This document shows, in pieces, positions 25,324 to 38,621 of a stretch of 64,000 bases of DNA. The translations under genes were made by a program, and so were the position numbers. Source of the DNA: Sminthopsis crassicaudata (Eukaryota); NCBI RefSeq assembly GCF_048593235.1, contig NC_133619.1, positions 317,144,454-317,208,453 of the forward strand. The letters run 5' to 3'. Below the pieces are notes generated by a model. That model searched no databases. It worked only from the letters and a program-made list of their open reading frames with translations, and was not told the origin of the DNA. Every line of letters starts with the position of its first letter. The stretch's first letter is position 1.

Positions 25324-25734
25324 GAGGTTAGATTTTTTTTACCTCAAAACATTAAGTAAATATGAGTTATTGCTGTGTGATTCTCATGTTAGATTCAATG
25401 TGATTTAATAGAGTTATTGCTGTTCTTTCCATTCATTCACTTATTTTGGGTTTATACTCCCTATTGACCATTTTTGTTTTATTATTCCCAGTTTAAAGAC
25501 CATATTCTTTGGAAGTGAATCAATAGACAAAATGACAATAAATAGTTCTACCTTCTATCAGCTATTATAATCATTCTTTGAGTAGTAGTCTTAACTATTC
25601 TGTGACCTTTCTCTTATCCCTATTATAGCTGTAATAATAATAAAATAATAATAATAATACTTCCTTGGCATTTGTTGTCAACTTGAGCTCATCCAAAGCT
25701 TTAACATTCCTGATAATAATTTTAACATACTGTA

Positions 25735-27135
25735 ATACTAATACTAGGTTGTTCTGTGTTGATCACAAGGGAGTCTGTCTCTTATTCGTTGCCAACAAGA
25801 TTCTTACCAGAATCCTTCTTAATAGGCTGCTCATTCACCTGGAAGATCGATGTCTACCTGAGAGCCAGTGTGGCTTCTAAAGGGGCCAAGTAGTAGTTTG
25901 CTGCCTAAAACTCTTGGGGAAATGCCAGGAGCAGAATAGAAATCTTTATACATTATTTGCCAAACTGACAATGACTTTTAATATTTCCAGTCATGATGAC
26001 TTATGAAAGTTCATGGCAGAATTTGGTTTGTTTGAGAAGTTCATCAGTACTGTTATAACAATGTCATGATGCATGTTTGCACAGGTTCTGGATAATGGAC
26101 AGTGCTCTTGTGCTTTCTCATTCACCAATGGAGTAAAGGAGGGCTATGTGGTTTACTCCCATATTTTAGTATGATTACTCAGTGATGTTGTCTGACATAT
26201 TCAATGAAGATGAAAATGACATCAAGATCAGCTACTGCATTGATGCTACATTATTTAACTTGAAAAGGCTATGAGTCAAGAATAATAATATAATTGTGCA
26301 CTCAATGAATAATAACATAATAATAATAATAATAATAATAATATAATTGTGCACTCAGTGCAGCCTATGAGTCTGAAATACAATAAAGTTTGGGTCAATT
26401 CTCTGTTGCTGACAACACCAAGAACACAGAGGTTCTCTACCAACCAGCATTTCATTATCCATATATGGAGCCATAAGGAGCAGCAAATAGAAAAATTTTG
26501 AATGTCATATATAAGTTCACTTACCTTGGGAGGGTACTTTCCAGGAATGTATACATAGATTATGAGATTGACACACTCATTGTCAAAACCAACTCAGCCT
26601 TTGGGAGGCTCTGAAGAATATGGGAAAGGAGAGGTATTAGACTGACTACCACACAGAAGGCCTGCAGAGTCTTTGTGCTGACCTCATTGTTGTATGCCTG
26701 TGAAACCTAGAGAGCATATCATGCCAGGAAACTCAATTTCTACCATTTGAATTATCTCGGGAAAATTTTGAAGATTAACTAGCAAGATAAGGGACTTGAA
26801 ACTTAGGTCTCTTCTCAAGCTGAATCACCAGGCATTCAAACTAATGCAGAGTGCAAGTCTGATCATCTAGCCATGTTGTTTAAGTACTAAAATATCCATT
26901 TGCCTAAAAAGCTCTTTTACAGAGAACTCACACAAGGCAAGCACTCAAATAGAGATAAGGAGAAGCAACATAAGGACACTTTCAAGGTCTTTCTAAAGAA
27001 TTTTGAAAAATATTATGAACCCATATGGGAGGCACTGGCACACAAGCATCATGCATGGTGTCCTTACATGATAAGAACTATTTGTATCTGACTGTAGTAG
27101 AACCTTCTAAACTCATATTGGTCTGATCAGTCAAA
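25735..27135 (+). mobile_element. Degraded RTE-clade LINE (RT and C-terminal region)
   Basis: Translated pieces KILTRILLNRL...LPESQCGF and PKKLFYRELTQGK...KDTFKVFLK are RTE/BovB-like. Many stops and frameshifts. Confidence 0.9.
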
Positions 27136-29269
27136 ATTGGAAAGATTTTACCTGGCCCACAACATGAAGATGTTATTTTGGTCTTCTTTAAGCATGATGA
27201 ACAAGAAGCAACTAGACTATTCTTTTGTATTTCTCCTAAGTTATTTGTCCATTTGTCCATAGTCCATTTCCAATTCATTTCATCTTTCACTTTAAAAAAA
27301 TCTAAGTTGATTAATGTATTTTATGTGTATGCACATTAGATCTGTTTAGACAATTGCCCCGATTCTTCTTTATCAAAATATTTTATGTTTGGTCAACATT
27401 TTATTCTTATGCACAGCTATCATCTTGATCTCACTTCCTTCATATAATTCTAGTCCTTGAAGTACCAATATTTTCCTTATTAACTCTTTGAAAATTTCTC
27501 TCTTAACAGCTAGGATATGCTAATTTGATGATTTTATTTGTCTATCACAAAATATAAGATGAAATGGTCATTTCTTCCCAAGCTTCATTTCTATTTTGGC
27601 AACAAGTTCTGTCTTAGCACCGAGTCCAGAAACTCTTCATTGTTTTGTCCAGCTTTTGAAGAATAAAATAATCATTAAAGAAAGTTAAGAATATATCCAT
27701 TTTTCTGTTTTTTCAGAGAGTTCAAGCATTTGCCTATCTCAGGAAAATCCCTCATTACTATACCAAATTTGTTTTCTAAATTTATCATTCATTTCTTCCT
27801 ACTGGAAGTCAGCTTATAATATATTCTTACCACTTCTTTTTCAAGAAAATGCCTTAATTTACCCTTGTCTCTATATTATGATCTCCAATTCTGACTCAAG
27901 GATTTATTCATTTGTTTATATCTTCTTAATGCATAATCTACCTCCTCTTTAAAATTTTATCTAGATTCAACTTATATTGTAAATAATAGATTTTTCAAAA
28001 TCTATGCTTGCCAAATGCAAGCTCTGGAAACTCCTTCCAAATGGAAAAGCTGTTAAGTTTGACCAAATATTTCAGATCAAGTATATACCTGCCATTGGAA
28101 ACTATACCTATCTAACTTCAAAAAGGAATATTACTCAAGTATATGACAACTGGATGTTGTTTGATGGTCACACTAAGACATTTAATGCATGTGACTTACA
28201 GTAGTACAGAGAGTATCCAAATAAATGAAACCATGTATCCATGAAAGAAATACTGTCATAAAATCAGTCGATCAAGGTGAACACTTAGGAGTTAGAGAAA
28301 CTAAAACTTGTAATTCCTATAGATTCCCACTTGATAGATAAAGGAATCAACTAATGGAGTATAAATGATTATTCAACATATTATAGCAATTTTGCCCCTA
28401 GGCACCACTTGAGGGAAGATGTTTTATTATTTTTAGTAAAATACTGACCACCCAATCAACTGACTCATCCTCCTAACTCCTGTCTAATATCCAAGGGTCA
28501 TTAGGCATCAGGGCAAATACCTATAATGGTGACTGACTTTGCATGGAACACTCATGACAGGTAGTAAAGAAAGAATATAACAGCTTATGCTATCCTCCCT
28601 GATAGTAAACTAACTCTGGCCCTCCTTAGTCCCTACTCTCATTCACTCTCCTTTCATACTGTTCCCTCTGGATAATTTAATAATTATTATAAGGTAATGC
28701 TTATAATTATACTCTCTTTCAACTTCTCTTCCTCTTCTATTCCCTCTCTTCTGATCTTCATGAGAACCTAGACTTTTTTTTCTATAGCCATTATATGTGT
28801 TAGGAACCTTCCCAAGGCTGACTGTTCCTTCTTGGGCATCCCTTGAATACTCTGAGTCAGGAAGAGGAGTTAGCATTCTCCTTGCTCTCCACTGCTACTC
28901 TCAGACCCTTCTTCTGCCACGGTCACTCAATAACCACTCCTTTTTATCCTTTCCATATCTTTATTGCTATGATAGATAGACTTTTCAGGTCAAGTCACTC
29001 TCTTCTTCTTAACCCTGATTTTTAATCCCTCCAAATTCTCTTGCTTCCAGTTCCTCAATCTTCTTCTCTCACATAATTTGTTTCCAGGAAATCTCAATCA
29101 TGTACAGAAATTTTGCAATATTCTATATTATAGAGTGGTCTTTCTATTAGGATATACAAATGACCCTCTGGAACTCATATGCTAGGAACCAAACTGTAGC
29201 TTTAAACTGTAGCTTCATCCTTGGCTTCAACTGTAAATCCTTTCTGTGACCAAAATCCCTCTCTTTGAA

Positions 29270-29770
29270 ATTTTTATTTAAAATAAACTTTATTAATATC
29301 TTTGTTTTGTAACATAGCCATACCCTTCCACTCACCCCAAAAATCTTCCCTTATTGCAAAGAGTCAAGAAAAGCAGAGCAATTCAACAATTATGTCAGTA
29401 TGCATGTGCTAAAATGTGATCTTCATAGTCATTTGTTGTCTGAATTCAATATTGATCATTAGAATTATCCTGAATTTAGTTGCTAGTTGTTCTGTGTAAG
29501 TATTTTTAAATTTTCTATGTTTGCAATTGCTGTGTATATTATTCTTCTGTTGTGCTTATTTTATTCTACATCAGTTCATACAAATTCACATTTCTCATGT
29601 GTGTAGTATTGAAACAATAACTTTCCTTCATATTTATAGGCTCCAATTTGTTCATCTATCTCCAATAAATGGGTATCCAAATTTGATTCCAGTCTTTTGC
29701 TATTTCTTAACAAAAATGTTTCTCTAAATAATTCAGTATATATGGGACCTTTCTTTTTGTTTTTGATTTA
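29270..29770 (-). mobile_element. L1 3' end fragment
   Basis: T-rich start, then ttgttcatctatctccaataaatgggtatcc...ttccagtcttttgcta...tatatgggacctttc, the reverse strand of the L1 ORF2 end. Confidence 0.65.
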
Positions 29771-29868
29771 TTTGCCTCTCCATTAAAAAAAAGTGCTTTA
29801 ATTTTCTCATCTCACCCAACTTGAAGTCAGGATTTAAACAATCATGCTTTTTTTTTCCTTTCCTACAG

Positions 29869-29977
29869 CACAGAAAGACCACCATCATTCAAGCCTCCAC
29901 CACCGCCAATCAAGTATGTGTGTATTGGAGAATCAGTTGGAGGTGATCTACCCTGTCATGAGATGGAAACTCTCTAA
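29869..29977 (+). CDS. CD96: CD96 last coding exon, cytoplasmic tail (I-TERPPSFKPPPPPIKYVCIGESVGGDLPCHEMETL*)
   Basis: Long T-rich tract + cctacag acceptor; phase 2 is compatible with the TM exon. Proline-rich motif, ITIM-like IKYVCI and HEMETL* terminus match the recalled CD96 C-terminus ERPPPFKPPPPPIKYTCI...YHEMETL. Confidence 0.95.
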
Positions 29978-30684
29978 TCTTTTCTCTTGAGAATTTACAG
30001 AATAACAGTACCTGTCCTCTGTCCTATTGAGAAGATAAGAGATTTGGTGTTTTGCATTACTCTGGCCCATCTGTCAGACTTACACCACTGCAACAATGGA
30101 TGTCAGCTGTGAATCACCTCTTTATACAGTTTCTAACTATGCCATCTGCATATGTCTCAAATTGAAACAGGATGCTTGGAAATGTCTGTAGGATCAACGG
30201 TACTCATTCCAAACATTATAATCTTCAGAGATTTTATTGGCTTAATAAGAGATATAATTTAAAGGATATATCCTTTCAGCTTCCTACTACAGCTGAAAAA
30301 TGTTGACATTTTTTCATTTTAACTGTGATTAATATGACAGCAATGTTATAAGCATATGGAGACTAAGATCGACCCTCCTATTTTTTCTGCCAGAATTCTG
30401 AGCTATTTACTCACACAATAATCATCTTTGAAGTTTTTCTGGTTTGCTACAAAAACTGAAAAGGAAAAAAAAAAGTAAAAGCAAAAATACCTAGCAACAA
30501 GGCAGAATAATGAAAAAGTGAGGATGGTTTCCGCAACAGCATTCCTAGTGATTATTTTCATCCCCCAAACTGACATAGGATTTCACAAAGGGCAAAGTCA
30601 TAAAATGTCTTTTTTTCCCTTTCCTTCTTCCTGCCTCATTCATCCAAATCTTCCTTCCTTCCCTCCTTGCTCTTTCCCTCCTTT

Positions 30685-31234
30685 NNNNNNNNNNNNNNNN
30701 NNNNNNNNNNNNNNNNNNNNNNNNNNNNNNNNNNNNNNNNNNNNNNNNNNNNNNNNNNNNNNNNNNNNNNNNNNNNNNNNNNNNNNNNNNNNNNNNNNNN
30801 NNNNNNNNNNNNNNNNNNNNNNNNNNNNNNNNNNNNNNNNNNNNNNNNNNNNNNNNNNNNNNNNNNNNNNNNNNNNNNNNNNNNNNNNNNNNNNNNNNNN
30901 NNNNNNNNNNNNNNNNNNNNNNNNNNNNNNNNNNNNNNNNNNNNNNNNNNNNNNNNNNNNNNNNNNNNNNNNNNNNNNNNNNNNNNNNNNNNNNNNNNNN
31001 NNNNNNNNNNNNNNNNNNNNNNNNNNNNNNNNNNNNNNNNNNNNNNNNNNNNNNNNNNNNNNNNNNNNNNNNNNNNNNNNNNNNNNNNNNNNNNNNNNNN
31101 NNNNNNNNNNNNNNNNNNNNNNNNNNNNNNNNNNNNNNNNNNNNNNNNNNNNNNNNNNNNNNNNNNNNNNNNNNNNNNNNNNNNNNNNNNNNNNNNNNNN
31201 NNNNNNNNNNNNNNNNNNNNNNNNNNNNNNNNNN
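30685..31234. other. Assembly gap (N run) in the putative CD96 3' UTR
   Basis: N characters, preceded by a CT-rich tract. Confidence 1.
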
Positions 31235-31247
31235 AGCAGACAGGCAA

Positions 31248-31808
31248 AATAAAGCCTGCTTTGGGCTTTAGAATTATACTGTCCTCAATATCCCTAAGCA
31301 AAGATTAGCTTTCTACTTGTCTTTCTTAGTGCCTTAAAACACTTAATGACTAAATTGTTGGGTTAGCAAATAACCAGCCTTACCCAAATCCAGTCCATTA
31401 CATTTCAATCATTCCATTTTTAAAACCAGAGACTTTCTGTTCATTCCATCCACTTGTTTTGACCTATTATGGAGCAGGTCAAAGTACTGAAACAAATTAC
31501 CCTTAAGAAATTAACTCTTTTTTCACCACTCTTTTATTTTGCATCTAAACCAGAATATTGTATATCAAAGATTGTACAGGAAATGAAGAAGAAAGTTACT
31601 GAAGTTTGCTATTGGTTTTTCTGGGTGGTGATGATCTTTTTCTCCCACACCCCTCCCAAAAAGAGGAGGAGGAACAGATGTCAGAGATTCACCAAATGGT
31701 TGGTATTTCCTGCTCGGTCTGTGGTCTGAGAAGGAATCTTTTAGCTAATGGTCCATCTTTATTCTTTAGAATTCTTAGTGAGGTGCTTATCTCTATAAAA
31801 AGAATAAA
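31248..31808 (+). terminator. Candidate CD96 polyadenylation signals (AATAAA at 31248-31253 and 31803-31808)
   Basis: First canonical hexamers seen downstream of the CD96 stop; the second is followed by T-rich sequence. The gap at 30685-31234 could hide the true site. Confidence 0.3.
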
Positions 31809-31998
31809 AGCTATCATTTTCTCCCTTAATCATTTCTTTTTCCTTTTCTGTTTTAAAACAGCATCAAAGGTAGCTTGTTAAAAATTCTCCCTGTGTAAAA
31901 GCATTTGCATGTAATACAAAAATTATCACTGACACTGATACTGGATTATGACTGAATTGCAGAAAGGTCATCATGCTCTCTCCTTTTTCCTTCCCTCC

Positions 31999-32152
31999 NN
32001 NNNNNNNNNNNNNNNNNNNNNNNNNNNNNNNNNNNNNNNNNNNNNNNNNNNNNNNNNNNNNNNNNNNNNNNNNNNNNNNNNNNNNNNNNNNNNNNNNNNN
32101 NNNNNNNNNNNNNNNNNNNNNNNNNNNNNNNNNNNNNNNNNNNNNNNNNNNN
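31999..32152. other. Assembly gap (N run)
   Basis: N characters, preceded by a CT-rich tract. Confidence 1.
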
Positions 32153-32391
32153 TTAAAGTATTGTCTGAAAGTGAGCATACAGGCAAGGAAAATACTATAG
32201 CACAGTTGAGAGCTTAATATTTTTATTCTTCCTATAGCCATTTCTTTCAGTGACATTTCTCAGGGCTATTAAAATGTGGTTGATTTTTACCAGAAGACCA
32301 TGGGGTTTTTCCACTGCAATGTCTTTTTAGTTGAAATGTTTTTCTTTATTTTCTGTCCTTTGTGATACCAACCCTAACATATTCCATGGAG

Positions 32392-32394
<3 letters not shown>

Positions 32395-32441
<47 letters not shown>
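32395..32441. repeat. (AC)n microsatellite
   Basis: Direct inspection. Confidence 0.97.
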
Positions 32442-32444
<3 letters not shown>

Positions 32445-33004
32445 TTTCTTGTACATAAAAATGTCACCTAAATATGTCAGAATGTCCACAACATGCAAAC
32501 AAAGCTCTTCCTAAATAGGATAAATTCGTCAGTAACTTACAAAGCAAGATAATAGGAATGGAGGGAAAAAGGGAAAGGATGGGCAGATCATTAAGTCCAC
32601 CCTCATTATTTGACAGATGAGGACAGAAGAGGAAATTGAGTCACAGGGAAGTCAAATGGCTTATTATCACCAGTTAATAAATATTTTAGGTAAGATTTTA
32701 ATTCAGGTTTTCCTGAGTGGGGATTCTATACTTTATCCATTATCCCAAGAAATATGACTATTCAACTTGAACCTGTCAGCTGTGCAGAAATTTACATAAC
32801 CTTTAAAGTATGGCAGTCACACTCTTCCTATCATAAAAGGAATGGATTCAGCCTAAATCATAAAGAAGAAAATAATTCAGAATCTCTGTTTGTCTTTTTA
32901 TCATCTCTTCCTTAACTGAACAAAGATGTGAAGGAATATTTCAATTTATTCACTTGGGAAAAAACTTTTGTTTTTTAAAATAGATATGCATAATACATAA
33001 TATG

Positions 33005-33960
33005 CAAGTACATGACCTTTGACCCAACTATTAAGCTTATACCCAAAGGAAATCAAAGAAATGGGAAAAAAGTCTTATAAATTCAAAATATTTTTATCAT
33101 CCCTTTTTGTGGTGACAAAATCCTGGAAACTAAAGGGTATGTCATTCAGTTGGAGAATGACTGAATAAATTCTGGCATTTCAGTAATATGGAATACTAAT
33201 GTTCTATAAAAATTAAAAGAATCAATGATTTCAAAGACACATGGAATGACTTATATGAAGTGATACAGAATGAATTAAACTGAACTAGAAGAAAAATTTA
33301 TACTAACCATTAATATAATAAAAATAAACATCTGTAAAGACATGTATAGACTAGGGAGGAATGAAGTTAAAATAGCCAAGAGAACAAGTTATACTTTAAC
33401 TTTAAATTTAATTTAAAGAAAAACAATTTTGAAAGCTATAAAATTATGATCAATACAATAGCCACTCATGATTTCAAAGAAATCAATGATAAATGTTCTA
33501 TTTCTTGATAGAGATGTGAGAAATTTAAGATAAAGAGACATATCTAGTTTGTATACAGCCAACAAGAGAATTTATTTTGCTTGACATTGGATATTTGTTA
33601 TGTGAAATATATTTTTGTTTTCTTTTAATGGAGTATTAAGGTAGATGGGAGAGAAAATTAATGCCTGTTTTTTAAAGAGGTTACTATTTTTTAAGAAGTT
33701 ACTAATCATATATAAAAAAATAACTGATAGAGGCTGAAGGTAGATCAAAGTATACTTTTTTTAGCTTTCTTTATCTTTCTCATTTTTTATCTGTATTTTT
33801 TTCACAAGCTAATATGGCTAATATGGAAATATGTTTTACATGATCTCATATGTATAATCTAAATCAAATTCCTTTCCCTCTCAATGAAGGGGAGAGAGAG
33901 AATTTAAAATTCAAAAATTTAAAAAGGAAACTACATGTAATTGGAAAATATATATTTTTT
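33005..33960 (+). mobile_element. L1 ORF2 3' end and 3' UTR fragments (probably two copies)
   Basis: cctttgacccaac...tttttgtggtgacaaaatcctggaaactaaagg...ggagaatgactgaataaattctgg, followed by marsupial L1 tail sequence. Confidence 0.8.
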
Positions 33961-34869
33961 TCAAAAACAGAAGTATAAATCTGGTGCTATGAAGTGTAAC
34001 ATATACTAGCAGTTGTGGTCATACCCTTAAACCAATTGCACTTTCCTCTGGTTTCAAAATTCCTAGTTAAGGGTCTGTTTAAGAGACTAGGAGAAAATCA
34101 ATCCTATATCACAAGTAGGCAGTCATGGTCTACAAACGTATAAATGTCTTCAGGAAGTCCCAAGCAATTCATCTAGCTCTTGGAAAATAACACAATTATA
34201 TGTGTCATGATCTTACAAATTTTTCATCGAAAACTCATGTCTTCATTATGCTTTATTTATAATGGTCTTCCTTTAAAGAGAGTGATGGTAGCCTAGTAAT
34301 TGTATTAGCTGATAGTCTCTAATCTTGACTGGTTAGAATCTCATATGTTTACCTTTAAAGTGAGAAAAGGAATTTAATATTTGTACCTAGAAAAATATTT
34401 TAAAATTGTAAAAAAAAAGAAAAAAAAAAAAGAACTGTGATGTAACTGAGTAATAACAGTTCAAAGTGAAAGTAAAAACAGTTAAAAGTTTGTTAAAATG
34501 AATTTTTTCTAGAATTTCTAATAATAACAAAATTAAAGATGTTATTTTTATACCATTGTGTAAAAAGTCTATAATTCAAGTAATTTGGATTTTTGTAAAT
34601 AAAATGCTATGCACTCCTAAGTTTATGAGTTTTTTCCAGTCAATCAATAAATAATTATTAAGCACCTACTAAGTGTCAGACACTGTACTAAGCACCAAGG
34701 ATATAAATACAAATAAAAAGAAAAGTATTCTCTACCTTCAAGTAGTTTACAATCTAATAGGGGGTATACACAAAAGGAAGCTGAAAGGGTAGGGTGAGGT
34801 AAAGAAATATCTATCAAAAGAAGATTATGAAGAAGTCCAAAGAAATTTTAAAGCCAGATAAGATGAATA

Positions 34870-34995
34870 AACAGACACAAAGAGATGACAAATGTTAGAT
34901 AAATAGATGGACATAATAGATAATAGACATTAGATAAGAGGATAGATAATAGATATTAGACTAATTAGATAGATTAGATGATAGGTAGATGATAC
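34870..34995. repeat. Degenerate (GATA)n tract
   Basis: Direct inspection. Confidence 0.8.
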
Positions 34996-37900
34996 TTTGA
35001 AAGTTTTATAACTGAATTTCTGTTTTTCTCTTATGTGTTGTCACTTAACTATATGGCCAATTGTTTGACTTTCTTTTTCAAATTACAAAATATTTCTCAG
35101 TTTTCTAGTTATTACCTGATACCACAATTAAATAAATTTTTTAAAAAATTAAAATTCGAATCTGTATCCTTATTCTGGCCTAGGGATTCACTGGGATCCA
35201 TCAACATTCTAACTAATATCTTCATGAGGATAATGAAATCAGGCCTTTGCTTTCCCCAGATCCCTAAGAAAAACTTTTCCTTCCACCATTCATTTTGAAA
35301 TTGATTAATTTATATTTTTCATGACTTCAAACAAAAAGTTCATGTTTCCATGTCCCTTGAATAGTGTATTTCCACACACATACCCCACATTTAATAAAAA
35401 CTATGTAAAGAATATATTATTCAGAATTCAGATGAACTCTAAAGGCTGAGCTCCTTCACAAGTATTGATGGAAAAGTTGGAGTTCTATTCTAAGTTGGAG
35501 TTCCATTTAACAAGAGTTTCTGCATCATGATTTTGAATAATCATTTCCTTTTTAACATAGATAAGTTTTGTCCTCGTAACCCCAAATAGCTAGTTCAATG
35601 ACTACTACATGGCAGGTAGTCAAAAATTGTTTGTCGATTGATTAATGAGTTGGTCAAGAATATCAAGTTCTGTAGAGGTCAGAAGATAATTATTAAGAAT
35701 CAGAAGGTCAACCACTGGAGATGACTAAAAGGAAACCGCAGAGATGAATGAGAGAGGAGCACATATAATTACAGATCCCAAAACATAACCCAGTAACCCA
35801 GGGTTTGGGATGCCCTGATATTGGCGATCTAAATCATAGAATTATAGAAGCTCAGCTGAAATGATCTTCCAAAACTTATCTATAATTCTAAAATTTAAAT
35901 CACTAGAACCTATTTTAAGATACATAAATAATCTTCATTTTCTACATGGTATCCACTATTCATGACATTGACTCTAGCATGACTGATATTATAGCGATCT
36001 CTAGGGTCATGAATGCCTGTAATGCAAAGTATAATTTGTACTGTATAATTCCTTTTGAACCTGCCCATTAAAATCTAGGTCTAGGGAAAACTCAATGTGC
36101 ATTCCTGAGAGAAAACAGGCTACAATGTAGGGTCCCTGTTAGTCTGTATCTAATTGTGATTAATGAGAAGATATTGGAAAATTGATCAAAAACAGCTAGA
36201 TTATATAGTAAATAATAAATAGAGTATTTGACTGGAGTCATAAAGAACTAAATTCAAAACCAGCTTCAAACACTTACTATCTGTGTGAGTCTGGGCAAGT
36301 CACTTAACTTCTGCTTCGTTCAGCTTTCTCAACCCTAAAATAAGGATAATTATGGCGCCTAATAATGAATAATAATATTCACATAATAATAATAAACCAA
36401 TAGCATCATGCTTGGCAGAGTAAGGGTTTAATAAATGTTTGCTTCCTTCCTTCCCTTCATTTCTGTATCAGTTACATTAATATTGGAAACTGACTCCTGA
36501 ATTGCCTCAAGTAGATTCATGTCTGAGAGCACACCTATGAGGGGTTTACCATCTTTATTCCTTAGAGTACAATTTAGGGAAAAAAATTATCCTCACAATG
36601 AGTAACAAATCACTGAGCTAAGCAGCCTTAGACACAGGGATGCCTGGGAACAAGCCATCCAAAAGGACTTAGGATTCAAGGTGAAACATTAAAAAGTTAG
36701 TGAGAATCTTTATCACATCTAGATTTAAATTTTTAAATGCATACTTAAAAAAACTTCCTGATCTATTTCTTCAAGCTATTTTGATATATATTTTTTCATT
36801 TTTAAAGGGGAAGAATGATGCAAATTACTTTTGCTGAATGAAACACTACTATACTCTATATCCTATATCCTATATACTACCTCCTCTTCTTTCCTAGCAC
36901 TTATTCTAGATTTGGCAGAGTGAGGTTAAATTCACACCACTGTGAACTATGGGACTCTGGTTTACTTCACAACCATGACCTCAGTTTCTTCAAATGTAAG
37001 ATGAGGGGATTAGACAAAAAGGTCTTTTGAGTTCTCCATAGCTATTATTTTACTTAGATCATGGGGCTATAGCTCAATAGTGTCACCTAGTGATAGCACA
37101 CTTAAATTGTTGGTCAGATTGTTGGATTTTGATTTTGTTTTAGAGACAAATAAATCCCTTGAAAAGCCTCTGTGATCTGTGGAGAAAGTGCTCTACTTGG
37201 AACCACAAGAAATGGGTTAGAGTCTCATCTTGGCTATTTAATGTCTTTAATCATTAGTATTTTACCAATTTACTAATGATCACTAAAATATTATCTATAA
37301 GGTAGTTGTGAAGGTCAAATGCATAACATATTAAAGTACTTCATAAGCTATAAAGCTACATAAATCTATGTTATCAAATAATGTACTAAGCCAACATTAA
37401 GAAGAGACAGCAAATATCAAGCCAAATATTTTGGTAAAGTTCTAAGCATCTGAATACAGAATGGTCTGACATTAGGTCTCTTTTATCAATAATTTTAGGG
37501 GGAATGGAATGACCCCTGATGACTTCTTCTGTGGTTGAGCCCTCCATTATTAGATATACATTTAGACACTAAGAGCACATTTCAGAACTGGAGACTATGG
37601 GCTAAATTGCAATTTTTTCTCTCAGTAAGGTAACAATTTCAAGTAAACAAACCAGCCCAGAATCCACTTCTGAATCAGTTTAGCCTGGCACAGATATGCA
37701 CAGACAAGTAGACATCCACAAATTCATTTTTTTCTATGGTAAGGGAGCATCTGGTCCACCTTCCCTGGAGCAGAATCTAAACTATTAACATAAAAAGGAC
37801 TTACAACACAAAGGAAAAGTGGGCCAAGAACTAGATGTCATATAATAGAGTTTCATAGTAAAAATGGATCCAAACACAAGTTTCCCTTACACTTTATCTC

Positions 37901-38484
37901 TTGAAGATACAACTGTGCAAAAGTTTTACAGTATTCCAATGGATCAAATTTGTTGTGATCAACATGAAAGGATACTTTATCCTGGTTCTAATTATTGCAC
38001 TCTACAATTATTTTCATTTTGAATAATTTGTAACATGTGAATGTCATAGAATATTATTAAATTGTGAGAAATGAAAAAGCAATTACTTCAGAGACTTCAT
38101 CACCATCACTGCTAATATTTGCATAACATCTGCTATGTTCTGGGCATTGTAATAAGCATTTTATGATTATCATATCATCTGATCCTTACAACAATTCTGG
38201 GAGGTAGATGGTATTATTATCTCCACTTTACAGATGAGGAAAGTGGAGCAAACAAGTTATGAAACTTGCCCAAAATTACACAGCTACTGTAAATATCTGT
38301 ACTCTGTACACCTATCTGCTTCACTTACCTGCCTCTAGAGAAACTTGTATGAACTTATTTAAAGTAAAGTGAGTAGGACCAAAAACAAAAACAAACAAAA
38401 AAATACCACAAAACACAACTTAAACAATAGCATCAATATTATAAGAATGAATAATTGTCAAGACTTTAAAAAAATTATAAAGAA

Positions 38485-38621
38485 GTGGCAGCTAGGTGGT
38501 GCAGTGGATAGAGTACCAGCCCTGAAGTCAGGAGGACCTGAGTTCAAATTTGACTTCAGACTCTTAACACTTCCTAGCTGTATAACCCTGGGCAAGTCAC
38601 TTAACCCCATTACCTCAGGAA
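38485..38621 (+). mobile_element. Full-length young WSINE1-like SINE with 17-bp target-site duplication
   Basis: tRNA-derived head gcagctaggtggtgcagtggatagag, B-box gagttcaaat, core, A-tail. aaaaaaattataaagaa at both 38468-38484 and 38622-38638. Confidence 0.9.

Noticed and set aside
25665-27091. RT-like ORFs as a host gene or intact element
   Set aside because: Fragments of a dead RTE LINE with many stops and frameshifts.
30518-31308. Long ORFs spanning X runs (also at 25041-25312, 31864-32256, 43332-43940)
   Set aside because: Open only because they cross N gaps.
38490-38560. tRNA gene (A/B boxes)
   Set aside because: tRNA-derived SINE head; no cloverleaf 3' half, continues into the CORE domain.
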